A DNA stretch of 64,000 nt, taken from NCBI GenBank assembly GCA_964016885.1, contig OZ024740.1, positions 114,576,001-114,640,000 of the forward strand. Reading direction: 5' to 3'. This document shows positions 63,956 through 64,000 of this stretch, in pieces. A program made the position numbers and the translations under genes. How positions within the stretch are numbered: position 1 is the stretch's first letter; each line of letters starts with the position of its first letter. This stretch comes from Eledone cirrhosa. Its lineage: Eukaryota. The notes beneath the pieces are model-generated. The model was given only the letters and a program-made list of their open reading frames with translations, did no database searches and was not told the origin of the DNA.

Positions 63956-64000
63956 TATGTGTGTGTGTGTATGAGTGAGTGTAAGAAGATGATTCTATTA

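Overview
Eukaryotic (animal) genomic DNA, AT-rich and saturated with microsatellites ((TA)n, (CA)n, (AAT)n, (GAA)n, (CAT)n, (TAC)n). The repeat content resembles a mollusc such as a cephalopod, which is an inference. No host gene is confidently identifiable and most short ORFs in the track are microsatellite artefacts. The window is a cluster of retroelements: one intact R4/Dong-like RLE non-LTR element (1130 aa) ending in (TAA)n, four larger and two fragmentary Tx1/L1-clade elements, a near-complete Penelope-like element (PLE) in partial-tandem form, a second PLE GIY-YIG fragment, RTE and CRE fragments, tRNA-derived SINEs and several MITEs. The main finding is a non-coding ~422-bp tandem array (about 5.5 units, 59.6-61.9 kb) with one minimal type I hammerhead ribozyme per unit, a retrozyme-like or circular-RNA candidate. 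A dispersed copy of the same family is fused head-to-head to the PLE, which may be its mobilising partner. Other findings are a possible ORF1-ORF2 fusion intron conserved in three Tx1 copies and a twin-priming-type 5' inversion in an RTE element. All alignments and folds were done by eye, so boundaries are approximate.
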